Below are positions 11,967-24,762 of a DNA stretch of 64,000 bases, piece by piece. Numbering within the stretch: the first letter of the stretch is position 1; every line of letters begins with the position of its first letter. Below the pieces are notes generated by a model that saw nothing but the letters and a program-made list of their open reading frames with translations, was not told the DNA's origin and did no database searches. Position numbers and translations under genes: made by a program. Source of the DNA: Octopus vulgaris (taxonomy: Eukaryota); the NCBI GenBank assembly GCA_951406725.2, contig OX597816.1, positions 79,050,001-79,114,000 on the forward strand, in the 5' to 3' direction.

Positions 11967-13865
11967 CAAAGTAGCACCAACAATCATAAAATTCATAGAG
12001 CACTCTATAAATAAATGGCAAACAGTCCTACACCTCCAAACAAAAGAGGGACTCATGAAAATCAAAGACATCCCCATTAGAAGAGGAATATTCCAGGAGA
12101 CACGCTCTCTCCACTCCTTTTCTGCTTGACACTGTCACCTCTATCTGATATGCTAAATAGAACTGGATGCGGATATAAATGTTATGGCAAAACAATCAGC
12201 CACCTTTTATATATGGATGACCTAAAACTATACGCTGCAAATGACAAACAGCTGGAAACACTATTAAAGACAGTTCATGGATTTACCAAAGAAATAGAAA
12301 TGAAATTTGGATTAGAAAAATGCGCCAAAGTAACCATGAAAAGAGGAAAACTAGTTAAGAGTAACAACATCACACTAGATAAAACCAATGAAATAAAAGA
12401 ATTAGACCAAAGCCAAACTTACAAATACTTAGGAATCCATGAACTAGATAAGACACAACACACACAAATGAAAGAGAAAATAAAAAAAGAATATTATAGA
12501 CGAGTTAGATCAATACTAAAAACAGAGCTCAATGCTAAAAACAAGATAATAGGTATCAACACTTTAGCTGTCCCAGTTATAAGTTACAGCTACAATATCC
12601 TTAACTGGACACGAAATGAACTGTCCAAAATAGATAAGAAAACAAGAAAAATACTGACAGGATCTAGGATGCATCACCCAAAATCTGACATAGAAAGACT
12701 ATATATACAACGTATAGAAGGTGGTAGAGGCCTTATACAGCTGGAAAACTACTATAAAATAACCACCATAGGACTGCAAAAATACCTACTTCAGAAGGAA
12801 GGAAAACTGATCCAGATAGCAGCAAAACACGAGCAAAACAAAAAACTGTTCTCAGTATTTAAGGAAGCTGACAAATACAAACAAGAAATCATACCACCTA
12901 ATAAACACAAAGAAGAAGAAGAAGATGATGAAGAAACAACAAAAGCTATAAAACAAATGAAATCCAAAATAAAAATAGAACAGCAACGAGCCATGATAAA
13001 ACGATGGCAAGAAAAGCCCCTTCATGGTAAATACTGCACTAAACTAAACGCAAAAGAAATAGACAAAGAAAAATCCCAGCAATGGTTGAGAAGCTCAGGA
13101 CTCAAAGCAGAAACAGAGGGATTTTTAATTGCAGCACAAGACCAAAGCCTCCCCACCAGAAATTACCAAAAACATGTAATGAAAAGAAATATTACAAGTA
13201 ACTGCAGAATATGTGGAGATGGACAAGAAACAATAAATCATATTATCTCTAGCTGCCCAGTCCTGGCTAAGAAGGAATATATTCACAGACATGACAGAGT
13301 TGGAACCTACATACATTGGAAGCTATGCCAACATTATGGAATAACAACAAAAAAAAGATGGTATAGGCACACACCAGAAAAGGTCACAGAAAACGAGAAA
13401 GCAACCATACTCTGGGATATGCCGATACACACAGATAGAGAAATTAAGGCCAACAGACCAGATATAGTTGTCAGAGATCATGAAGAAAAAAATGCTTTCT
13501 AATTGATGTATCAATACCGGCAGATGACAACGTGTCTCTAAAAGAAATGGAGAAACTCTCAAAATACAAAGACCTGGAAATAGAGGTAACTAGAATGTGG
13601 AACCTGAAAACAGAAACAATTCCTATCATAGTAGGTGCATTAGGCATGATAAAAAAATATTCAGACAAATACATAACAAAAACACCAGGACTTACAAACA
13701 CATATAACATACAGAAAATTGCACTACTAGGCACTGCACACATCCTACGCAGAACACTTTCCATACAATAACCATCAGAGCATCACAACAAATCACAGCA
13801 CATACCCAAGGCACACAGAGCTGCGCTCGGTAGTGAAGTGAAAGCACGCTATAAAAATAAAACTA

Positions 13866-13868
<3 letters not shown>
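11967..13868 (+). mobile_element. Second, distinct R4/Dong-clade element, 5'-truncated within RT
   Basis: ORFs 11911..12129, 12126..13502, 13532..13771: GIFQ, YMDD, CRIC..H..C, RHD, ANRPDIV, IDVSIP, KLSKY. Preceded by (TAA)n at 11946-11966 and followed by (TAA)n. Confidence 0.92.
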
Positions 13869-13934
<66 letters not shown>

Positions 13935-13961
13935 TATAATAATAATAATAATAATAATAAT

Positions 13962-14018
<57 letters not shown>
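13869..14018 (+). repeat. (AAT)n microsatellite
   Basis: About 50 units with two ATT variants. Confidence 0.98.
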
Positions 14019-14099
14019 TGTTGATTAGAAGTCAAAATATTTTAGCTGAATTTTTAAGATTATAATTCTATTCTGTATTTTTGAGATGAGGAATTATGT

Positions 14100-15885
14100 A
14101 CGCTATTTACAATGGCACAAGGAAATGAACTAAGGTGGAAAATGAGACTAAATGTACTATAGAAAGCAAACTTTCCCAAACCAAACATCACTAAGAAAGA
14201 AAAGTTTGCTATTAAAACATCACAGAGTGACAGTTTCATTATAATATTTCCAGTGGACAAGGGCAATGCTATGGTAGCGATGAACAAGTCTGAATACTCA
14301 GAAAAACTGGCAAGTCTGATAAGTGATGGTAGCTACAACAAAATAAAGAAAGACCCAACTCTTAAAACAGAGAAGTTGTCGCAGATCTTAATCAAGAACA
14401 AGGATCACTTTATACTAATGAAGTACAGACAACTGACTCAACACTACAGTAAGCTATCACACATGTACGGTCTCCTGAAGATTCATAAGGATGGTATTCC
14501 ATTAAGACTCATAGTGAGCTGCAGAGGTTCAGAATGTCATCCACTAACTTACTTCCTTGTGGATATAATCAGTCCATTTGCAGGTAAGTCAACATCGTAT
14601 GTGAAGAATTCCACTCACTTCAGAGAATTGATCAAGGATACTCCCACTGGATCCAACCAGATGGTGAGTTTAGATGTAATAACTGTTTACCAAAGTCCCA
14701 ACCAATGAAGCATTATCAATGATTCAAGATAAACTAGTGACAGATACCTCTCTAAAAGAATGCACAAGAATACTAATAGAAAACTTGATGGAAATGTTGA
14801 CTTTCTTCATAGAAACTACCTACTTCAGAGTAGATACTGATATATATAGACAGGATGAAGGTTTAGCTATGAGTTTGCCATTATCACTAGTAATAGCCAA
14901 TATATACATGGAATACTTTGAGAATTTGGCTTTAGGATCAACAGCACTAAAGCCAACCCTATGGCTTCGATATGTTGATGATGCTTTCATACTCTGGCCC
15001 CACCAAAAGTATTTCCAAGTACTACTAGATCATGTAAACTCAATAAAGCCATCCATACAGTTCACAATGGAAAAGGAAAAGGACAATTGGCTGGCATTCC
15101 TGGATGTATTAATAACATGCACTGAATATGGGTTCTTGACATCCGCAAACCACAAGCCAACTTTCACTGGAAAATAGCTCAACTTCAATTCCCACTATTC
15201 ATACATTATAAAGAGAGAGATTGCTCAGTGCCTAAAACATTAAGCAAAGACTGTAAGTAGGAAGCCTGGTACATATCAGTAAGAAATGATCAGGCTAAGA
15301 AAAATCTGCTATGCAACAACCATCCAAAGAACATACTATCCACTCCAACTAGGAAGAGGAGAGAGAGTCTGTCTACCCCATGTCAAAGGCCTCTCAGAAA
15401 AGATGCATAAGATATGCGGTCCATATGACACCAGGACAGTATTGAGAAGAAGTAATACACTTTGCAAATATCTTCTGAGTAAAACCACCCATAGAAGAGA
15501 ATATGACCAAAAACTGCATGTACTCTATCCTATGCAGTTGTGGTAGGTTATACAAAGGCGAAACATACTACCCACTTAAAGTAAGGGTACAGGAACATTG
15601 TAAAGCTGTGACATGAGGGGATTTTTTATTCTTTTAATTATTTCAGTCATTTGACTGTGGCCATGGTGGAGCACCGCCTTTATGTTGAAAAATTGTGTAT
15701 AGTTGATCATGTATGGAAAAATGGAGACTACCTCCCACTGTGGGATGAAGTTAAAATAATTGACAGAAAACACCAGTGGAAAATATGAAAATTAAAAGAG
15801 GTTGCACATATGCTAGGACATAATAACCTCCTAAGCAAATCTAGTGCAGATATGAATGTAATATGGGAACCAGTGTTAAGAAAAG
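14100..15885 (+). mobile_element. Penelope-like element (RT plus GIY-YIG endonuclease), disrupted
   Basis: DKGNAMV, YGLLKIHKDGIPLRLIVS, VSLDV, GLAMSLPLS, WLRYVDD, FTMEKE..LAFLDV. GIY-YIG-like CMYSILCSCGRLYKGET..LKVRVQEH at about 15515-15600. SINE fragment at about 15625-15680. Confidence 0.88.
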
Positions 15886-15934
15886 ATAAAATACTAGGTT
15901 TATAAGCCCTACAATTCATTTTATAATTGCTCAC

Positions 15935-16190
15935 GGGCATATAGCATAGTGGATAAGGGCATGGGCTACTAAACCTCAGATGCTAAGTTCAATCTCAGGC
16001 AGTGACTTGAAAAATAATATCAACAGAAAAGTAACATCAGCAACATACTATAGGAATGAGAACAATGTACTCCATTAGTCAAATAAAGGGTTGGGTTCCA
16101 AATTCCGCCAGAACACCAGCTAAAATGTTGTGATAACAGCAAACAAGATGAGGACATCTATCTGTCCATTGTAAATAAGATTATAATTTC
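15935..16190 (+). mobile_element. Decayed tRNA-derived SINE
   Basis: A-box-like tagcatagtggataag and B-box-like aagttcaatctc. Confidence 0.45.
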
Positions 16191-16232
16191 CCACTTATTG
16201 GGGAAATTCAATCTCATCTCCAGATTACATCT

Positions 16233-16545
16233 TTTATCTTTCACTTGTTTCACTCATTGATCTGTGTCTATGTTTGAATGCCATCTTCAAAGTGACCCCA
16301 GTCTGGTACAAGGATGTAAAAAAACCAGCACCAGGTGAAAGGAAACAAAAATACAAACATAAAGTGACACACATACACACGCATACATATAATGGGTTTT
16401 CACAGTTTCTGTCTCCCAGATTCACTCAAAAGGAATGATTGGCCCAGCGCTATAATAAAAGACACTTGCTCAAGGTGTTGCACACTGAGAAACTACATGC
16501 TTGAACTTGAAAGTGCATACTTGCAAATTAAGTTTAACCACATAG
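16233..16545 (-). mobile_element. Decayed copy of the 410-bp SINE family
   Basis: cacttgtttcactcattg...gggttttcacagtttctgtct...gacacttgctcaaggtg. Confidence 0.65.
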
Positions 16546-16776
16546 CCAATGTCTGTAACGTCTGCAATGCATTTCAATTTGCTTGATCACCAGTAAAAAT
16601 GTAATATGGATATAGATATTGTAAATATACACTCTAAAGATAACATTAAGATACAATAAGATTCTAAAAAGAAACCCCTTAAAACAATCAGTTATTTAAT
16701 ATTTTGAAGAGCTGCCTTTCCACAGGCTACTAACAATTCTCATACACTTTTCATATAAGGTTAAAGTATTTATATT

Positions 16777-18243
16777 CATCATCATGATGATCATTTAATG
16801 TCTGTTTTCCATGCTGGCATGGGTTGGATGGTTTGACTAGGGACTGGCAAACCAGGAGGTCGCACCAGGCTCCACTCTGATCTGGCAGTGTTTCTACAGC
16901 TGGATGTCCTTCCTAAGGCCAACCACTCCAAGAGTGTAGTGGGTGCTTTTTTACATGCCACCAGCTCAGGAGCCAGTCAGGCAGCATTGGCATTTGCCAC
17001 ATTCGAATAGTGCATTTTATGTGCTACCAGCACAGGGGCCAGTTGGGGCAGAGAGGCTGGCATTGACCACGTTTGGAAGGTGCTTTTTATGTGCCACCAG
17101 CACAGGGAGCCAGTCAGGTGGCACTGGCAACAACCCATGCATGCATGGTGCTTATTGTGTGCCACCAGCATGAGAGCTAGTCAGGCAGCACTGGCATCAG
17201 CCACAACTACAACTTCCATTTGATTGTGATTTAATTTGATTTTGATTTTACTTGATTCCATAGGTCTCCTCAAGCACAGAATGTCACCTGACAATTCAAA
17301 GGTACTTTTTAAATGGGTTGGTTATACAACACTGGTGTAGGCTACGACTGTGATCTCACTTTACTTGCTGGGTCTTCTCAATCACAGCATATCTCTAGAG
17401 GCCTCAGGCTTTCATCATTGCCTCTGTGAAGCTCAACGTTTGAAGGTCGTGCTTCACCACCTCATCCCATGTCTTCCTGGGTCTCCCTCTACCATAGGTT
17501 CTTCCAGTGTTAGGGAGTGACACTTCTTCACACAACTCTCCTCATCCATACACAGCACATGACCATACCAGCGCAGTCATCTCTGTTGCATGCCACATCT
17601 GATGCTTCTTATGTCCAACTTTTCTCTCAGGGCGCTTACACTCTTTAATGTGTGCACACTGACATTACACATCTAGAAAATCATGCTAGCTTCATTTCTT
17701 TCAATCCTACACATGTCTTCAGCAGTCATTGCTCAAGTTTCACTGCCTTGAAGCATGGCAGTTCACATACATGCATCGTACTATCTACCTTTCACTCTGA
17801 GCGAGAGGCTCTTTATCACCAGTAGGAGTAGAAGCTTTCTGAACTTTGCCCAGGCTATTCTAGTGGTAACACTCTGAGCATCCACCCCCACTACAGACTT
17901 GGTCACCAAGGTAGCAGAAGCTATCAACTACTTCTAGTTTCTCCCCCTGGCATGTGATGGAGTCTGTTTTCTGAGCATCTGTGGTGTTTATTGCTCCTGT
18001 GCATCTGCTGCACACAAAAGCTATCTTCCCAGTTAACCTGCTTTTGATGTAGCTGCACCTCTTAATTTGTCTATAGCTTACACTGGGTACATCTTGTGGA
18101 ATTTCTACCTACATCTTTTCTACAGATCAAGCAGGGCCACCTACTTCAAGGGGTTTGTGATGTGTTCACCTTCTTACTTACTAGGGCTTTAGTTTTTGGA
18201 ACATTGATTCTAAGGCCCATCAGTTCTAAACCTTGCTTCCACT
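16777..18243 (-). mobile_element. RTE LINE (PHD-finger family), 3' portion
   Basis: (CAT)n tail, tandem-repeat 3' UTR and RT C-terminal homology to copies at 25682 and 61677. Confidence 0.88.
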
Positions 18244-18359
18244 TTAATATCAAAATTTAGCTTGGTAGAGAGATTATGGAAAATGGAATCCAAAAACAGG
18301 TATAATAAAGGAACTCAAAACAGGAACTCAAGTATCTGTAATTAAAAGTGATGATATTT

Positions 18360-18773
18360 ATCTTTTACTTGTTTCAGTCATTGGACCATGGCCATGCTGG
18401 GGTACTTGAGGAATTTTAATCGAACTAATTGATCCCAGTGCTTATTTTCTTTCTAAGCCTGGTATTTACTGTATCAGTTTCTTTTTACAGAACTGCTAAG
18501 TTACAGGGACATAAACCAATACTTATTGCTAAGTAGCAGTGGGGGACAAACACACATGTGTGCATGCACACACACACACACACAAATATATATATATATA
18601 TGTATATACAACAGGCTTCTTTCATTTTCTGTGTACCAAATCCATTCACAAGGCTTTTGTCTGCCTAAGGCTATAGTAGAAGACACTTACTCAGGTGCCA
18701 TGCAGTGGGACTGAACCCAGAGCCATGTAGTTGGGAAGCAAACTTCTTACTATACAGCCACACCTGCACCTAT
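18360..18773 (-). mobile_element. 410-bp SINE family copy
   Basis: cttttacttgtttcagtc...agaagacacttactcaggtgcc...cagccacacctgcacc. Confidence 0.85.
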
Positions 18774-18902
18774 ATTCATTAAGCTTGACACAAATTAAAT
18801 GTCCTAATATTTGCATTACATTACATCCAGCTATGTCAACGTATTCGAATTTTGATATATGGGTATGGTATCTGTTCTGATAAAACATATAAAACTAGAT
18901 AA

Positions 18903-19470
18903 TGTTGCAAAATGTGGCCTCCCTTCTGTACTAACATGGCTCCAACAGCAAAAGTTAGCTGTAGGGAAAGGGCAAATCAGCCCAGCAAGCCAACTTACCC
19001 AAAGAAGAAGTCATGCACTGCTGGGTGTCTTCAAAACACGCATCTTGTGGAATGTAGTTCCTTGCTAATTAGTTTTACGCTGACTTCTGTTTACCACTCC
19101 CCTACACACAGAGACTAGCTGTCCTTATATACTTGTACATTCATCTAGAATCTTCTAAAGAGTCATGTTATGTTGTATCTTTCAGAACTTTATTCTGAAC
19201 CAATTAATTTCCTAGTTGCTAGGAAAGTCATACTCCCCATACAGCACCTGACCTATGAGACATGTCATTTATCATGTGACACAATTCTGGAATTTTCTCT
19301 GATACTCTAACATGATACAATATTATAGAATGATTACACAGGAAACTAAACAATATTACATAATTATTACTCAGAAAACTAAACACCTTTACCAATTTAC
19401 CAGAGAATATCATAGATAATACAAACAGAACTTATTCTCTCCTTCATAACAATATGGTCACCCTACAACA
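18903..19470. mobile_element. Possible solo LTR
   Basis: Begins tgttgca and ends tacaaca (TG...CA with short inverted ends similar to the LTR at 55238). No clean TSD seen. Confidence 0.35.
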
Positions 19471-19761
19471 AATAGAAACAAACATTGCATATTTTGAAAC
19501 TGCTCACTACATACTGTCTGGTAGGTTTCCCACCTCTCAGTGTATTTTGGTACCTAAACATTTAGTAGAAACATATGGTACTTGAGTAACTTCCTAGGAA
19601 TTAAAAGCATAGATTTTCAAATTTGTTGTTTTTGCTTAACTTCAGTTCTGATTGAGCAGATCTATGATGAAAGCTGTTCTGAATGTGATCAATGATCAAA
19701 ATTATGAAAATAAAAATCAAAACTATGAAAAGTCAAGAGTAAATAGAAATGAATTACTAAC

Positions 19762-20085
19762 TTAATTCAGGACAGGTTCCATTATAAATGTTGACACTAT
19801 TAATTGCCATTCCCCCGGTCTTGATATCTGCAATGAATGTAAGAAAACTTGTCCCTGCTGGAAGCTGGAATTGTCCTTCATATGTTCCATCTCTTTGACT
19901 AAAGAAATATTCATTCCAAGCAAGATGATGTGAATTATTTCCATTAGGGTTCTTCTGGTGTAAAATAACTGAGAAATTCCCAGTTAGTGCAAAAGCTGTA
20001 GTAAACTTGATATTCACACATGAATCTGCCAATGTTTCCATGGGTGACAGCATTTTCCCCTTTGTTCCTATAATCTGCATACTAC
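19762..20085 (-). CDS. MAM/LDLa gene exon H: remainder of MAM domain 3
   Basis: tttacag acceptor, gttagt donor, 324 nt, phase 1/1. GSMQIIGTKGKMLSP...SCVNIKF...LTFIA...MAINSVNIYNGTCPEL, parallel in size and ending to exon E. Confidence 0.88.
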
Positions 20086-20829
20086 CTGTAAATCAAAGAA
20101 TATTATCAGAATTATTAGCAGAATTACTGAATTGCAAAGCAAACAATTGAATGGGTGAAAAGCCAGAGTTTCTAACTTTTCTTCAAAAATAAGTCCTTAT
20201 TTGTTGAAACATTAGCAAATAAATTTACTGTTTCTTCCAACAAATAAAAAATTTGAAATTCCAAACAGAAAGTTGAAGATATAAGAAACACATGTTTTTC
20301 TTCCATAAAGCTTTTTCATCAAATGGACTGTTCCTTATTTTAGCTTTCTCTGACAATATGCAGATAAGAGACAAATGTTTCTCTAGATAGGATGCTGTCA
20401 GTTACAAGTAAACTTTCCTTTATGATAAGCTGAGCCATGCAGTCCAACGAATTAATTATGCAAAAACAGCCATTAACAGATTATATTCTTCTGCAATACA
20501 TCTATATATCATATTTGCCAGCATGTAAGATGTACTCCTTCTAAACAAGTATATATTTTGGAAAAAAACAAATTTAATATGTTTCATCATGCTCTCATAT
20601 ACCATCTGTAACCAAAAGCTAAGACACAGTGTGCTCCAGAGTGGGAGTGAATTTGGAGTATTATAATTGAGAAGCAAACTTCTGATACAGTTGGCCATGT
20701 ATGCATAAAATCCAGATGGGGATAGCAAAAAATATTGCAGGCATTAAGCATTATCTAGGATGCTAGATGATGCAAGGAGTACTTGAGTGAAACAGAGAGT
20801 GAGGAAAAAGATCATGAAATGAGGGGAGT

Positions 20830-20861
<32 letters not shown>

Positions 20862-20929
20862 CTGACAGATAGAAAGGAGAATGTAAAAGACAATGTTTAG
20901 GCTGAAAGTTAAGTGACTACTATACTTAC

Positions 20930-21037
20930 CAGGAACATCAAAGAAACTAGTACCATTATTCAATACCGGTACCCATCCATATGCAATTTTATAACCACAG
21001 TAGTATTTTGTTGCGAAATCACATGAAATTGAATCAG
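20930..21037 (-). CDS. MAM/LDLa gene exon G: N-terminal part of MAM domain 3
   Basis: ccttactag acceptor, gtaagt donor, 108 nt, phase 1/1. PDSISCDFATKYYCGYKIAYGWVPVLNNGTSFFDVP (SCDF...CG...W). Confidence 0.9.
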
Positions 21038-21686
21038 CTAGTAAGGTAAAAAATAATATAAATTGAAGCAATAAATCAGTTGATCGATAATGATGATGAT
21101 AAGGATGTAAGTAGTTTAAATGACCTTCTTAATCCCAGTGATTATATAATTTCAACAGAATGCCACATCATTCTCCTTCTTAGAAGAGCATGAATACAGC
21201 ATGGGATGACAACCATGTTGCATTTTCTTCATGAATGAAAATACAATGACGGGATTCAGACAAAATGCTTTGCAGTATATAGTTATATCCATTTACATCC
21301 TGAATTCAAAATTCTGTGGTGGGAATCAGTTTGATCCCTCATTCTAACTTAGTTGATAAGATAAAGTACCAGACAAGATTTAATCAACTGTTCTTTTACA
21401 CAAAATTTAGGGTGGCCATCCAATACTATTCATCATCATCGTCATCATCATCATTTAATGTCCACTTTCCATACTAACATGGGTTCAACATAAGATAAAA
21501 TATAATGGTGGCAAATGGGATGGGTACAAGGCAAAATGCATTGTAAATATTAAGGCACATTCATGTATGATGTGATTTGAATTATTACATTGTTTTAACT
21601 TTGCATTGATTCCTTTCAAAGTTGAAGACAAAGGAATATTTACATACATATGTGTATGTATGTGTGTGTGTATCCATCCATCCATC

Positions 21687-21692
<6 letters not shown>

Positions 21693-21737
<45 letters not shown>
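21693..21737. repeat. (TA)n microsatellite; similar simple repeats at 23588-23623, 24715-24815, 52080-52180, 52250-52320, 52636-52699 and 56283-56315
   Basis: Directly visible (TA)n, (CA)n and (TATG)n tracts. Confidence 0.95.
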
Positions 21738-21744
<7 letters not shown>

Positions 21745-22169
21745 CCAACCCGTGTCAGCATGGAAAACAGATATTAAGCAATGATGATGATGATGATTAT
21801 TATTATTATTATATAGATAAATAGATAGATCGATGGATAAATATAGATATGGCTAGTTTATGGGGTTACCGAGGGTTCCATATCCATAAAGTGCTAAAGC
21901 GCTTAGCTTTACAATGTTTATTCAGATCCTAAACCCATTGACCTACGGTCTCTCTCTCAATATATATGTTTAGTTATTAAATATATAATGACCATTATTT
22001 ACATATTATCTTATATAGAAAAGGAAGAGTTTAGGTCACTCATGATCTAAACCAATAAGTTTAGATCATCAGTGCTGTAATTGGTAATCCATTAGGATCC
22101 AAGTTCAAAAGAAAGGCTGGAGCTGGGGATCTGTTGCAGACTTCCAAATCAGCAGGTATAAATTACAGG

Positions 22170-22688
22170 AAGGTTGGACAAGCTTATCAGGTAATTAAAA
22201 ATATTTTGATTAATGTAAAGGTGAATTGAAATAAGGAAAATAAATGTAAATAATGACTTAGTTGTTTCTGGGATATCCCAGGTAATGGATCAATGTGTTG
22301 ATCAACTTCCCCATACACTGGGTACTCCACATACCTCCCTATGTTTAATCTCAGGTAAGTCCAGACAGTTGGTTGAGTGAAGCATTCAGGTTGATAGACT
22401 AAATCAAGCATTAAAGTGCTAGATTTAAGGGTTACACCTTCATGGAAAGATGGACAAACACTCATAACCTCTGGAACAAGATGAACTATGAACTTTATAC
22501 CTCTATCTACACTGAATTTTCTGGAATATCCAGTGTATGGAGTTGTTGGTCAACACACTGACCCATTACCTGGGATATCCCGGAAACAGCTGTAAGACAT
22601 AAGTTACTTTTATTTTTCTTCCCTTACTTCGATTCACCTTTATAGTAATTAAAATATTTTAAATGATCTGATCAGCTTGTCCAGCCTT
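22170..22688. repeat. Imperfect inverted repeat (about 160-bp arms, 22170-22329 and 22522-22688), Penelope pseudo-LTR-like
   Basis: gggatatcccaggtaatggatcaatgtgttgatcaac versus gttggtcaacacactgacccattacctgggatatccc. Right arm contains gaaacagctgtaaga. Confidence 0.8.
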
Positions 22689-22864
22689 GGTTTTGTTTTC
22701 CCCTTCCTTTATTAGACACCCCCCCATCACATACACACACAAAAGAAGGATACAAGTGGAGCTTAAAATTCACAACTGCTGTTTCAGGAGCACTTATTAA
22801 GTTACATCATGACAAAAATCTGCTGTCTTCAGGTGATTTTAAATAGACAGATTGGAGCAAAAAT

Positions 22865-23487
22865 TTCAGGTGTGAAAACAAGGTCTGGGATCAAAGCACC
22901 TTAGAGTTAATTTAGTAAAAACCAAATTCTTAGTAAACAAGAAAGCAGACAAATTGCAAATTCTTTCAGGGAGATGGCCCTGCTTGATATGTAGAAATGG
23001 CTTAGGTAGAAACTCCATAAAGTGTATATGGTTCAAGCTATGGACACATAAGAGGTGCAGCAATATCAGAGGAAGGTTAACAGAGAAAACAATCTTTGTG
23101 TGTGACAGATGAACAAGTACAATAAACACTAGAAATGCTCAGAAAATAGACTCCATCAAATGCTAGGTGGGTATACCCAAAAGTAGTTGATAGCTTCCAT
23201 TATCTAGGTGATCAAGTCAGCAGTGGAGGTGGTTGCTCCAAGAGTATTGCTGATAGAATAAGAATACTCTGGGCAAAGTTCAGAGAGCTTCTACCTTTGT
23301 TGGTAACAAAGGGCCTCTCTCTCAGAGTGAAAGGCATCAAACAATGATGACTTTTGCAGATTATTTGATGCTACATGGCAGTGAAACATGGGCTGTGACA
23401 GCAGAGGACATGTGGAGGTTTGAAAGAAATGAAGCTAATATGCTTCGCTAGATGTGCAATGTCAGTGTGCATGTACAACAGAGTGAA
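22865..23487 (+). mobile_element. RTE LINE (PHD-finger family) internal fragment
   Basis: Reads WPCLICRNGLGRNSIKC..LWTHKRCSNIRG..YLGD..LHGSETW with stops. Confidence 0.85.
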
Positions 23488-23587
23488 GTTTTTCCATTTC
23501 ATTTATTATACTTGTCTAACATCTCAGGTTTGACTTGAGCACTTCTATGCAGTCTATGTGTTTCAAAAGATTTTAACTATGAAAAGA

Positions 23588-23621
<34 letters not shown>

Positions 23622-23625
<4 letters not shown>

Positions 23626-24545
23626 AAAATAAGAAAATGGAGAAACACAACTTGGCCTGCACTCGCATATACGCTTGTACACTTGTGGAACTTAATATCA
23701 TGTAAACCAATGTTTTTCATTTTTCATTTTATATGTATATGCCGATCTTTAATGCTTTGCATTGTACTGTAGTATTATTTTTGTTGTTGTTTTTGCTATT
23801 ATGTTGCTAACCGCGTGATGCATATATTGCTTTGCTGGTATTAATGTTATTAATAATAATAATAATGATATTAGTAGCAATAGTGGCAATGATAATAGTA
23901 ATGATGGTAATATTAATGGCATTTTGTAACTTAATATAATGAACTCTTGACTGCATTTGAATATGGATATATGTATGTTTTCTATATTGTAATATCCTAA
24001 TATTGTGTTGACCAACTGTAACATTGAATATAGATCATATGTATGTATATTGATTTATATTATTATGTATATGTGTATATATATGTATAGGAGTATGAGT
24101 ATATGCATTCATATGTATGTGTATATTATATATTATGGGTATATACTCACTCTTGTATGGGTGTACCTCCTCTGATATTCATATTTAATTTAGTTTGTAT
24201 TTCACTATCTCTGAAGAGGCCTTGGGATATTTTTGTAAGTGTCTCATTTATAACTACATATTGACCTATCACACATGGCTAATATGAGCATAATGAGACA
24301 CCCATATCTGCATGGTCGAAACAGCTGTAAGATGTAGTTTATATTTATATTTGTATTTATTTATATTCACTTATACATACTGTACTTATTGTATCATATT
24401 ACTCTTTCATGTACATTGTTTTGTTCTATATTATTATGTTTGACCTTAATATTCATAAGTAGTGGTTTAATAAATTATGTGATTGGGTATTATCTGGTAG
24501 TTGATCATTGATTAAGATGTGTTTCTCCATTTTCTTATTTTGTAT
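23622..24545 (+). mobile_element. Non-coding Penelope-type pseudo-LTR/retrozyme-like element bounded by a 28-bp inverted repeat
   Basis: atacaaaataagaaaatggagaaacaca (23622-23649) and its exact reverse complement (24518-24545). Encloses a hammerhead motif. Confidence 0.6.
24207..24333 (+). ncRNA. Minimal type I hammerhead ribozyme
   Basis: Stem I AUCU/AGAU, core CUGAAGA (24211-24217), stem II GGCC...GGUC, GAAA (24318-24321), stem III C-AGCU-G with palindromic loop, cleavage triplet GUA (24327-24329). Confidence 0.78.
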
Positions 24546-24711
24546 TATTAATTTGTGGTAAAACATTTTACCTTTGCCCATATAATACAGTAAATGAATT
24601 AACTGCATCGCAATTCTTAACATTTATATATTAACTTTGTTGGGTGCTTTACTTGCAGTATATTGGATATATGTTATCCCATGGAGGGTTGCACTTGCAA
24701 CCCCTATCTCA

Positions 24712-24762
<51 letters not shown>

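Noticed and set aside
16942-17200. Regularly spaced repeats of about 65 bp resembling a CRISPR array
   Set aside because: Whole units are degenerate tandem copies with no unique spacers, they lie in RTE 3' UTRs, there are no cas genes and the context is eukaryotic.
19757-20080. ORF stop at 19757 taken as the end of the gene
   Set aside because: A gttagt donor precedes the stop and gives a phase-1 join to the LDLa exon at 8459-8569, mirroring the exon E/F junction.
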